A DNA stretch of 64,000 nucleotides from Akkermansia muciniphila (GTDB lineage: Bacteria > Verrucomicrobiota > Verrucomicrobiia > Limisphaerales > UBA9464), in NCBI GenBank assembly GCA_945893185.1, contig CAMDDW010000006.1, positions 13,495-77,494 of the forward strand, written 5' to 3'. The notes below the pieces were generated by a model, which saw only the letters and a program-made list of their open reading frames with translations, ran no database searches and was not told the DNA's origin. Position 1 is the stretch's first letter; each line of letters starts with the position of its first letter. Shown in pieces: positions 8,869-16,910 of this stretch. The translations under genes were made by a program, and so were the position numbers.

Positions 8869-9107
8869 GGAGAAGTCGATTCAGTGGAGGGGGAGGCGTC
8901 GCCCGAATCCAGCGCGGTCTGAAGAAAAAACGCCAGTTCCGGAGTCAAGTTGTGGGCAAGAATGCGCCCGTCGGTGAGCAGCATTAGCTCCGAAATCACC
9001 GGAACCAACTCAGGGCCTGGAACAAGAATGGGGGACCCGGACGGTTCCGGCCCCGAGGTCAGTCTGCAGGGCTCGGTTTCATTTGATCCTTCAGAGAGCG
9101 GCGTCAT
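8865..9107 (-). CDS. hypothetical small protein (80 aa)
   Basis: The ORF exactly fills the gap between the radical SAM stop (9120) and the AAA+ start. It has a 4-nt ATGA overlap with the AAA+ gene. No recognisable motif. Coding status rests on position and coupling only. Confidence 0.4.
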   Translation of the reverse strand: MTPLSEGSNETEPCRLTSGPEPSGSPILVPGPELVPVISELMLLTDGRILAHNLTPELAFFLQTALDSGDASPSTESTSP

Positions 9108-9119
9108 GCAGTGAGTCTT

Positions 9120-10088
9120 TCAGTCAATGAACCGCAGTCCGGCCTCCATCCCGATACGGGTGGCCTCCTGAGCCTCGCTCAACCGGCCGGGTGCCTTCAG
9201 TTCCGCATGACGGCTGCTGAACCAACCGGGCCAGAAGCCGGTCCTCAAGCTCACCTCCACCTGGGGCAGATGTTCCGCGATCCACGCCGCAGCCGGGCGC
9301 CAGCAGCATTCGAGGTGCCCCGGCAAAAGCAGGTGCCGCACAATCAGGCGGGTCTGCCCCGCCGCCCACCGCAGGTTGTCCTGGACGGTCGAGCAGTAAC
9401 CCTCCACCCGGGCGATGCGACGGGCGCAGTCGTCGTTGCCAAACTTGAGGTCTGCCACCCAACCATCGAAGACCCCATCCAACAGGGCATTGGACTCCGA
9501 GGTGCCGTGGGCGTTGGTCTTCCACACCACAGGCAATCCGTCCGGCAGGGCCGCCACCAGTTCCAAAGCCGAAGCCAAATGAATCGTCGGCTCGCCCCCG
9601 AGGATCATCAGGCTGCGCACCGCGCCGGATTCCCAAGCCCGACCGATACGGCTCAGCAGAGCCTCCCGCTCGACTCCTTCGGGAACGGAACCCGCCGACG
9701 CATCCCAACTTTCGCGACCGGTGTTGCAGAAATCGCAGCGGAGATCGCACCCGCTGAAGGCCACGGCAAAGACCGGACACAAATCGGATTCATCCCCCAC
9801 TTCGATCTGGGCACTGAAAATACGCCCCTCGGGACCGGCATGACAGGGGCCTCTTTGGCCGGCCAGACGATCCACCCCGCAGCGATGCGCGCACCAATGA
9901 CAATGACTCAATTGTTCGCGTGCGATGGCGGCCCGTTGGGATGCCAACCCAGCGCGCGAACCCGTCTCCGAGTGCCCAGTACCGACACATCGAATCGGGT
10001 TCCGGCCGCGGCTCGGGCTCGCGACATAAAACCCCTCTCGCAAACCCGGTTCCTGGACCAAAGACAGGCTCAAAAGAGTTGCCTCCAC
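9120..10088 (-). CDS. radical SAM protein, PflX-like (COG1313-type putative activase)
   Basis: CxxxCxxC cluster motif GCDLRCDFCN. An upstream Cys-rich segment, SHCHWCAHRCGVDRLAGQRGPC, is typical of PflX-type proteins. LILGGEPT-like MILGGEPT. The start is uncertain, because the ORF-track start overlaps the upstream ORF by 19 nt. Confidence 0.85.
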   Translation of the reverse strand: MEATLLSLSLVQEPGLREGFYVASPSRGRNPIRCVGTGHSETGSRAGLASQRAAIAREQLSHCHWCAHRCGVDRLAGQRGPCHAGPEGRIFSAQIEVGDESDLCPVFAVAFSGCDLRCDFCNTGRESWDASAGSVPEGVEREALLSRIGRAWESGAVRSLMILGGEPTIHLASALELVAALPDGLPVVWKTNAHGTSESNALLDGVFDGWVADLKFGNDDCARRIARVEGYCSTVQDNLRWAAGQTRLIVRHLLLPGHLECCWRPAAAWIAEHLPQVEVSLRTGFWPGWFSSRHAELKAPGRLSEAQEATRIGMEAGLRFID

Positions 10089-10318
10089 CAGGGTTTTAAG
10101 TCGGCACCGATCGGCGGAGTAACACCCGCCGGATTCGCAATACTCGCTGTCACGCGCGCTCGCAAATCTTCCGGAACCGGCGTCTGGGACCGGTCCCAGG
10201 CGATCAGCGCCTCAGGAGTCTCGAAGTCGACCGGCGTCCGAGCCTCCGTGTGCTGAGTGGACGTACTTTCCAAGTTCGCCTGAGTGACTGTTTGAAGTCG
10301 TTGGGACGGGGTGCTCAT
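10070..10318 (-). CDS. hypothetical small protein (82 aa), in the position usually held by an anti-sigma factor
   Basis: The ORF begins 24 bp downstream of the ECF sigma stop on the same strand. It has no TM segment and no zinc-binding motif. Coding status is inferred from position only. Confidence 0.4.
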   Translation of the reverse strand: MSTPSQRLQTVTQANLESTSTQHTEARTPVDFETPEALIAWDRSQTPVPEDLRARVTASIANPAGVTPPIGADLKPWWRQLF

Positions 10319-10342
10319 GGGGGAATTGGCAAAAATAGGGGT

Positions 10343-10936
10343 TTAGCCGGTCTTGACGAATGCAGCCGAGAAGGCTCGGCGGGCCCGGTGCAGTTTACCA
10401 CGGACGGCATCGGAACTCTGCTGGGTAATCTCGCCGACCTGTTCGTAGCTCAGATCTTGATCAGCGACCAAGAGCAGCAGGCACCGATACTCCTCCGGCA
10501 GGCAGTCTAAGGCGTTTTGAATGCGCTGACCCAGTTCCTTGGTCTCGAGAGCACGGAGAGGGTCCCCAGCCGCGGAAGGCTGAGACTCCAAGAGCGAGGT
10601 GTCGTCGGTGAGGTGGATATTTCGCGCAGACCATCGCTGCCGCAAGTTGGTGCAATGGTGGAGCGTGATCCGGTAGAGCCAGGTCCGGATGTCGGAGTCA
10701 CCCCGGAAGGATCCAAAATTCCGGAAGGCCTTCACGAACACGTCATGGGCGACGTCCTGGGCCTGCGCCGCATCCCCCAAAAACCGCAACGCCAAATAGT
10801 ACACCGGCTGCGCATGGGCTGCGTAAACCGCCTCGAAATCGGCCGACAACCCTCCGTGTTCATCCACGCCGCCCCCATTTTCCGGAGCATTCCCCTGCTT
10901 TACGCAGGCGATCTCCTTGGGTTCGGGCGCGATCAT
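10343..10936 (-). CDS. RNA polymerase ECF-type sigma-70 factor
   Basis: Internal ATG at 10936. Region 2: DVAHDVFVKAFRNFGSFRGDSDIRTWLYRITLHHC. Region 4: LPEEYRCLLLLVADQDLSYEQVGEITQQSSDAVRGKLHRARRAF. The longer ORF-track version would overlap the divergent antitoxin gene. Confidence 0.85.
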   Translation of the reverse strand: MIAPEPKEIACVKQGNAPENGGGVDEHGGLSADFEAVYAAHAQPVYYLALRFLGDAAQAQDVAHDVFVKAFRNFGSFRGDSDIRTWLYRITLHHCTNLRQRWSARNIHLTDDTSLLESQPSAAGDPLRALETKELGQRIQNALDCLPEEYRCLLLLVADQDLSYEQVGEITQQSSDAVRGKLHRARRAFSAAFVKTG

Positions 10937-11036
10937 CACCCCCTTTGGACAAGGCCACCGCCCAAGTGTCACGCAGGAAAAACTCCCATCGCTAGAACCA
11001 AACCCTCCGCTAAGTCCAGTTGCATGGGCCAACGCG

Positions 11037-11077
11037 TTGACGACGAGATGGATTTGATACATTAATATCGATGTATG
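11037..11077 (+). promoter_or_regulatory. candidate promoter and palindromic operator of the RHH-PIN toxin-antitoxin operon
   Basis: TTGACG at 11037-11042, followed 15-18 nt later by the AT-rich tacattaat. The 6-bp inverted repeat atacat (11057-11062) / atgtat (11071-11076) overlaps the -10 region and the start codon (11075). Confidence 0.3.
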
Positions 11078-11317
11078 AAGACCATCACGATCAATGTATC
11101 TGAGCCGGTGTACGAGGATTTCCAGAGATTCGCCCAGAAAATGGACCGTAAGGCCTCCGAACTCATCCGAGAGGCCATGGAAGCTTACCGCCAACAGCAC
11201 ATGCTGCGTCGAACTTCGCTACGGGATCGGCGTCCCGCCAGCGTCGGGGGCCCCATCCAACCCATCACCTCCGAAGACGATTTGCTGGGAGAAATGCTGC
11301 ATGACCTACGGGATTGA
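11075..11317 (+). CDS. type II antitoxin, ribbon-helix-helix (CopG/VapB-like)
   Basis: 80 aa. The N-terminal MKTITINVSEPVYEDFQRFAQKMDRKASELIREAMEAY is a typical RHH fold sequence. It overlaps the downstream PIN gene by 17 nt. Confidence 0.8.
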   Translation: MKTITINVSEPVYEDFQRFAQKMDRKASELIREAMEAYRQQHMLRRTSLRDRRPASVGGPIQPITSEDDLLGEMLHDLRD

Positions 11318-11741
11318 TACCGACTTCCTAGTCGCGCTGGAAATCCGGGATCACCCATTTCACCGGGAAGCCGACGCCTTGCTCCGATCGTTGCTGGATG
11401 GCGGGCATGATCTGGCATTGGCACCCCAAACCCTCGCGGAATTCCTGCATGTGGTCACCGATGGGAAACGGATGCCGACCCCCCTACCGATGTCCGAAGC
11501 CCTCCAACGGACGGAGCATTGGTGGCAGGCCGCGGAAGTGATCCGGGTCTTCCCTGACGGCCCCTCGGTCACGGAATTTCTTACTTGGATCAACCGTCAC
11601 TCCCTCGGGCGCAAACGACTGCTGGACACGATGCTGGCCGCCCTAATGGCCCAAGCGGGAGTAACCCGGATCGTCACCAATAACGCCCAAGATTACCGTG
11701 GTTTCGGTCGCTTTGAAATCGTGCCCTTCCGGGGCGACTGA
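11301..11741 (+). CDS. type II toxin, PIN-domain ribonuclease (VapC-like)
   Basis: From the ATG at 11301: MTYGIDTDFLVALEIRDHPFH...LAPQTLAEFLHVVT...TRIVTNNAQDYRGF. The acidic PIN residues (D at the N-terminus, E, a T-N-N/D motif near the C-terminus) are in the expected places. Confidence 0.85.
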   Translation: MTYGIDTDFLVALEIRDHPFHREADALLRSLLDGGHDLALAPQTLAEFLHVVTDGKRMPTPLPMSEALQRTEHWWQAAEVIRVFPDGPSVTEFLTWINRHSLGRKRLLDTMLAALMAQAGVTRIVTNNAQDYRGFGRFEIVPFRGD

Positions 11742-11854
11742 ATCGGCCTTCGATCGCCCGCATCCACACGACCGGAAGAATGGATCAATTTCCCGGCGAT
11801 CCATTTCTCCCCAATCCTTCCCTCCCAGACGTTTGATGCCTAGAATTCGCGCCT

Positions 11855-12625
11855 GTGTTTCGGCCGTGCATTGATTTGCGCAATGGGAAGGTGGTCCAGA
11901 TCGTGGGGGGAACCCTCGACGATGCGGGCACCTCGACGCTCACTCGCTTCCAGTCGGAGCACCCGCCCTCCTGGTATGCGGAGCTCTACCGGAAGGACGG
12001 ACTCACCGGCGGGCATGTCATCGCCTTGGGTCCGGGCAACGAATCCGCCGCACGCGATGCCCTCGGCGCGTGGCCCGGCGGCCTGCAGTATGGCGGTGGC
12101 GTGAACCTCGACAACGCGTCGACTTGGCTTGAGGCCGGAGCCTCTCAGGTGATCGTCACCTCGTGGGTCTTCCGCGATGGACTCCTCGACCGCCAGCGCC
12201 TGGCCGACCTGGTTCAACGCGTGGGCAAGGAACGTCTGGTGCTCGACCTGAGCTGCCGCAAGCGCGACGGCCGCTATTGGGTGGTGACCGACCGTTGGCA
12301 ACGATTCACCTCACTCGAGGTCGATGAGTCGGCCTGCCACGATCTGGCCCAATCCTGTTCTGAGTTCCTCATCCATGCCGTCGATGTCGAAGGCCTGTGT
12401 CAGGGCATCGATCTCGGACTCGTGGATTCCCTCTCCCGTTGGTGCCCCATCCCGGCGACTTATGCCGGCGGGGCCAAGTCGATGGACGACCTTAAAACGG
12501 TAGAACACGCAGGCGACGGCCGCATCCACCTGACCATCGGCTCTGCGTTGGACATCTTCGGCGGCTCCGGCGTGCGCTACACCGACTGCGTCGAGTTCAA
12601 CAAATCCAGTACCCAACCACACTGA
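11855..12625 (+). CDS. hisA: ProFAR isomerase (1-(5-phosphoribosyl)-5-[(5-phosphoribosylamino)methylideneamino]imidazole-4-carboxamide isomerase), eukaryotic His6-type
   Basis: MFRPCIDLRNGKVVQIVGGTL...YGGGVN...EFLIHAVDVEGLCQGID...TYAGGAKS. This resembles the His6/TIGR02129-type HisA rather than the classical bacterial HisA. Confidence 0.8.
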   Translation: MFRPCIDLRNGKVVQIVGGTLDDAGTSTLTRFQSEHPPSWYAELYRKDGLTGGHVIALGPGNESAARDALGAWPGGLQYGGGVNLDNASTWLEAGASQVIVTSWVFRDGLLDRQRLADLVQRVGKERLVLDLSCRKRDGRYWVVTDRWQRFTSLEVDESACHDLAQSCSEFLIHAVDVEGLCQGIDLGLVDSLSRWCPIPATYAGGAKSMDDLKTVEHAGDGRIHLTIGSALDIFGGSGVRYTDCVEFNKSSTQPH

Positions 12626-12630
12626 TCTCC

Positions 12631-12885
12631 ATGATCCCCAAACATGTTCGCCTTTTCATCAAGCCCGGTTGTCCCTGGTGCGACGAAGCCATTGAGTGGC
12701 TCGACGCCCGCAAGATCGGCTATGAAACGCTCGATGTGATCCGCGACGCGGCCGCTCGGGCGGAGATGCGCGAATTGACCGACCAGACCAAAGCTCCCTC
12801 CATTGAGCTGGATGGCCATGTGCTGGCCGACTTCGGGGCCGATGAGCTGGAAGCGTGGATGGCTCAGTTGGGCTACGCAGTCTAA
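12631..12885 (+). CDS. glutaredoxin-like thioredoxin-fold protein
   Basis: 84 aa. Active-site CPWC near the N-terminus (LFIKPGCPWCDEAIEWL), with a glutaredoxin/NrdH-like length and layout. Confidence 0.8.
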   Translation: MIPKHVRLFIKPGCPWCDEAIEWLDARKIGYETLDVIRDAAARAEMRELTDQTKAPSIELDGHVLADFGADELEAWMAQLGYAV

Positions 12886-12951
12886 TCGGGCTCACGACGC
12901 GGAGGCGCCGCAGCCAGGCACGTCTCTTGGCCTATCCACGAACCACTCCGT

Positions 12952-15900
12952 TCACGGATTGGCCACACCCGGCGATCCACCGATCCGAGTAGAGACCCTC
13001 CAGGCTCCGGGTTGATCGGAGTAAGCCTGAACGCTCCGAAGTTGCAGAGTGTACCCGCGGCCATCGGCTTCGACCGGCCAAGGGGCAGAATCGTCGTAGG
13101 CGAGCTTAAGCACCAGCGTGCCGTCAGCCGCGTGGATTCGCAGCGTGTCGCCGCCATTACCCAAGCCAAACCCAAACTCGCCCAGCGGCTTGGGCCCGAG
13201 CGGAAACGTCCGCTGAAACCGGAGACTGTCCTGACAGAACACGGCGTATCCGCCGGCAGGAATCACTCCCCCGCTCAGCACGCTCACATTCGAATCGGTG
13301 TCATCGCGCACAATCCACCCGGTGAGATCCACCGGTGCGGTGCCAGGATTGTGCAACTCGAACCAATCGCCAGAATCCGCCGCAGAGGCCGGGTGATACT
13401 GGATCTCGCTCAAAATCACCGGAGGCCGAGCCGGAGCCACCGGTGAGTAGGCCTCCAAATGGGCAGTGAGAGTGTTGGTGCCGGATGGCGGATTGAACTC
13501 CCACCGGGCTAGCGAAACCTCGATGCCCCAACCGCTCCAACCGACGACACGGAATCCGGATGCGGGAATCACCGTGGCCACCACGGGCGCGTCCCGAAAA
13601 AAGGTTCCCACCCAGGGAGGCGGCGCGGCCACCGAACGATTCAACCTCACCTGCCCCGCCCCGGCCGGCGAAACGACCGCCTGCAGTTGCGCCAACCCCT
13701 GCTTCAAGCCGAAGTGATCGAGGCAATCTTGCCGGAGCTTGGTGGGGCGTCGGCGAGCGAAGTCGCTCAAGGAGTCGAGGTTCTTCTCCCAGGTCGCCGC
13801 CGTGAACGGTTCATACTCCGCCTGATAGGGCTTGCCGTAGCCGCGCTTCTGCAACTCGGCGAAGCTCCAGCGTTGGAGGTGCCGGGGAATCTCTGGCCGA
13901 ATTACTGCGGCCATGGAACGGATCGTTGCCTCCACCCGCTCTTGACGGAAAGGCCCGTTCAGAAAGTCCGCACAGCGCTGGATAAAGAGGGTCCGCACCC
14001 CGGGGTTGGTCAGCAACCGGCGGAGCATCAAGGTGCGCCCACCTTCATTAGGCCAACCGGTGCCTGAGCCGATGCCAGCGGTCGAGAAGGCGAAGATATT
14101 GTCATAGTTCCCGTAATCGCGGGCCATGGCTGGCACGTAGACCTCGGGTTTCCACAAGTTGAAGCCATAGTCTTGATCGTAGACGATCCATCGGAACCGC
14201 CCGTTCGGAACTCGTGGACGCCAGCACTTGATGTTGCCGATGTCGAAGTTTTGGAAGTAGACGAGCGACGCTTGGTAATCGAGGAAGTTGTCCAGATCGA
14301 GGTAACGGTCGAGGAGCGTTTGGAGATTGGTCTGAATTGTTAGGTCTTTCGAGGACACGAACGAGCGCATCGCCGTGTAGGCCTGGCTATCACCCGCGAT
14401 CACCGCGCCGTAGCCCTCGATCAGGTCGAGCCCACCGCGGGGCACCTCATGGTTCCCGATAATGTGATGCTCATTCAGCTTCTCTCGCAAATTGTGAATA
14501 CCCCAGTAGTCGCCGTTCAAATAAACCACCGTCGGCCGGTAGGCCTGGGTATCCAATCCGGTGTCCGCGATCAGGCGCTCCATCATGGCGTCGCGCATCA
14601 GCGTGAACTGCCCGTTCACGAAGTAACTGCCGTAGGAAGTCACCGGCCCGAATTGGGTGATGGGTGACCGGACAGCCGTCTGGTGGGTGCTCTGGTTGTC
14701 ATTGCCAGAATTGCGCAGCACTAGGGCCTCGAACTGGTCCATGGGTCGATCCGGAAAGAAGCGGTACGCCAGATTGCCATCACCGTACTTGACGCGCGCT
14801 GAAAGGGCGTAGGATTTTTGCGGATACCCGCGGGAACCCCATCCGCCATAAACCGACATCCCCACCTTCTGACGAACCTTGGACTGGCGGTCGGTGTCGA
14901 AGAATTCGAAACCCACCTCAATCTCCCGATCTTTCCAGGCGTTGGACCCCGAGTACGGATAACTCTGGAGCACCTGCCCGCTGGTGCTGAGCACACCCGT
15001 GCCCATGCCAATGAGATAGCCATTCTTGAAGTCGAAGTTCGAGGCCGCCGCCGCCAGCGAGATGACCGGCAGGTCATGGGAAATGCCGAAGAAATAACTC
15101 CGCAGGGACTCCGCGCTGGAACGCGCCTCCAAATAAGCCTTAGCCCGGACCACCTGAGAGCGTTGGATGCGCAGCGGACCTGTCCACGTCGGCGAGACAA
15201 CCGTGACAGGGTCGCCATTGGTCGTGTAGCGGATCAGGGCATTGGTCGGTGAGGCTTGCAAATTGAGCACCACCTCGGCCCCCGCGGCGTAGAAACCCGA
15301 ATCTACCGAGAACACGGGCGGCGGCACCGGAGGCCCCAGCGAAACGACGCCATTGGCAGCACCGGGTGTCGCCTGCGACTTGGAATACACCGTCCACTCC
15401 CCGGCTTCTGGATTGGGAGGTCGGCCCAGCGACTCATTAGGGCCCAATCGAGGCACCACCACCTGGTCGACGACCCGCCCCTCGGCATCGCTCAACGTCA
15501 GGGTCTCGCCGGCGGCATCGAGGCGAAAATCGGTGTGCAATTCGTTGCCGGGGCCGATGCGATCCAGATCCGAAGCATAGACCACGAGGGATTGCCCTGG
15601 CTGGATCCACCGCTCTGGGAATTGCCAGCGCACCGGCCTTAACAGGTCCTCCGAGAGGGCGAATCCCGCCAGCGCAATGGCTCGGTCCTGCGGATTGGAA
15701 ATCTCAATCCAATCCCAGAAGGCCCCAGCGGCATCGGGAAACACCGCGGCGTTGTCGCTCATCACCTCGGTGATCTGGAGCAACCCCGCGGCAGAACCTT
15801 CGGTCAGGATGCGGTAGAAGAGGGGTGTTGTTCCGGCAGGTTCAGGAATGCGCACCTGAAAACGACCCAGTGCCGACTCGTTCACTGTGGCCGTGGAGTC

Positions 15901-16161
15901 CAACGACCACACCATCGGGGTTTGCCACCCGGCGGCGACTTGCACCCGATAGGCCTTCGGGTCATCGGAATTGGCGGTGAACTCGAAAACGAACCCTTTG
16001 CCGACGGAACTCTGAATCGACTCGCGCAGGATGAGCGGCGCGAGGGGCTGCGCCAATAACCACACGGGAAACACAGCGGACAGCAAAGCCACCCACCAGG
16101 GCCTCCCGTGTGAGAAAAATTTCACAGCCGGCTCTCCAGTTTTCGGGCGCGGCGGATCCAC
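12952..16161 (-). CDS. secreted CotH-domain protein with two lamin-tail (LTD) domains
   Basis: 1069 aa with a signal peptide. LTD-like ITEVMSDNAAVFPDAAGAFWDWIEISNP near the N-terminus and ILSEIQYHPASAADSGDWFELHNPGTAPVDLTGW near the C-terminus. The central part is CotH-like (YFVNGQFTLMRDAMMERL...VVYLNGDYWGIHNLREK). Confidence 0.85.
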   Translation of the reverse strand: MDPPRPKTGEPAVKFFSHGRPWWVALLSAVFPVWLLAQPLAPLILRESIQSSVGKGFVFEFTANSDDPKAYRVQVAAGWQTPMVWSLDSTATVNESALGRFQVRIPEPAGTTPLFYRILTEGSAAGLLQITEVMSDNAAVFPDAAGAFWDWIEISNPQDRAIALAGFALSEDLLRPVRWQFPERWIQPGQSLVVYASDLDRIGPGNELHTDFRLDAAGETLTLSDAEGRVVDQVVVPRLGPNESLGRPPNPEAGEWTVYSKSQATPGAANGVVSLGPPVPPPVFSVDSGFYAAGAEVVLNLQASPTNALIRYTTNGDPVTVVSPTWTGPLRIQRSQVVRAKAYLEARSSAESLRSYFFGISHDLPVISLAAAASNFDFKNGYLIGMGTGVLSTSGQVLQSYPYSGSNAWKDREIEVGFEFFDTDRQSKVRQKVGMSVYGGWGSRGYPQKSYALSARVKYGDGNLAYRFFPDRPMDQFEALVLRNSGNDNQSTHQTAVRSPITQFGPVTSYGSYFVNGQFTLMRDAMMERLIADTGLDTQAYRPTVVYLNGDYWGIHNLREKLNEHHIIGNHEVPRGGLDLIEGYGAVIAGDSQAYTAMRSFVSSKDLTIQTNLQTLLDRYLDLDNFLDYQASLVYFQNFDIGNIKCWRPRVPNGRFRWIVYDQDYGFNLWKPEVYVPAMARDYGNYDNIFAFSTAGIGSGTGWPNEGGRTLMLRRLLTNPGVRTLFIQRCADFLNGPFRQERVEATIRSMAAVIRPEIPRHLQRWSFAELQKRGYGKPYQAEYEPFTAATWEKNLDSLSDFARRRPTKLRQDCLDHFGLKQGLAQLQAVVSPAGAGQVRLNRSVAAPPPWVGTFFRDAPVVATVIPASGFRVVGWSGWGIEVSLARWEFNPPSGTNTLTAHLEAYSPVAPARPPVILSEIQYHPASAADSGDWFELHNPGTAPVDLTGWIVRDDTDSNVSVLSGGVIPAGGYAVFCQDSLRFQRTFPLGPKPLGEFGFGLGNGGDTLRIHAADGTLVLKLAYDDSAPWPVEADGRGYTLQLRSVQAYSDQPGAWRVSTRIGGSPGVANP

Positions 16162-16895
16162 ACTGCATTGCGGGATTTCTCGAAGGCCGGGGAGTGGTTT
16201 TGGTCGGCCACCACCTCATCGATTTCAGCCTGGGCCTCATCAACCATCCCTCGCGAGGCGAGCAACTCGGCATACTGGACCCGAGCCCTGGGATAGCTGT
16301 TGTTTTCGAGCACGCGCTTCCAATTCAGGAGAGCGGCGTCCACTTCGCCGAGGGCCGTTTGGGTCTCAGCCAAGGCCATGAGTGTGTAGCCAAAATCGTG
16401 TCGCGGGTCGGACTTCAGAATCTTCTCCAAGAGGGGCTTGGCCTCGGCGGCTTTGCCTTGCCGTAGGAGGCACTGCCCCAAATGGCTAACGGTGTCGTCA
16501 TCCTCCGGATCCCGCTCCAAAGCCCGCCGGTAAGAGGCCTCTGCCTTGGTCAGTTTGCCCTGCGAGAAATAAAGATCTGCTAAATCCAAATGGTCGCGAG
16601 CCTTGTCGAGGTGATGAATGCGGCTCTCCAGTTCCTTAATCCGGCGGCGATCGGCCGCACCCGGTAATTCAAAGCCTCTGAGTCCCATTCCGCCGCTGGC
16701 CGATGCCTGCGCCCGATACACCATGAAGTAATAAAACACCGCGCTGAAGACGCTGAAGAAGAGGATACACGCCGCCCAGATCCACTCTTCGCGGCGCAAG
16801 GCATCCACCATCATCCAAAGCTGAAAAGCAGCCCCGATCAGCAGGAGAGGGTTCTCCAGGGACAACTGCATCAAATCGTTAATCAAGCCGATCAT
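16122..16895 (-). CDS. membrane-anchored TPR repeat protein
   Basis: Start chosen at the ATG at 16895 (MIGLINDLMQLSLENPLLLIGAAF...). Two TM segments are followed by TPR-like repeats (LADLYFSQGKLTKAEASYRRALERDPEDDD...). The longer ORF-track start (16991) would be encoded by a non-coding repeat that also occurs at 59291-59440. Confidence 0.75.
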   Translation of the reverse strand: MIGLINDLMQLSLENPLLLIGAAFQLWMMVDALRREEWIWAACILFFSVFSAVFYYFMVYRAQASASGGMGLRGFELPGAADRRRIKELESRIHHLDKARDHLDLADLYFSQGKLTKAEASYRRALERDPEDDDTVSHLGQCLLRQGKAAEAKPLLEKILKSDPRHDFGYTLMALAETQTALGEVDAALLNWKRVLENNSYPRARVQYAELLASRGMVDEAQAEIDEVVADQNHSPAFEKSRNAVWIRRARKLESRL

Positions 16896-16910
16896 CGCCT
16901 TAAGACTAAT

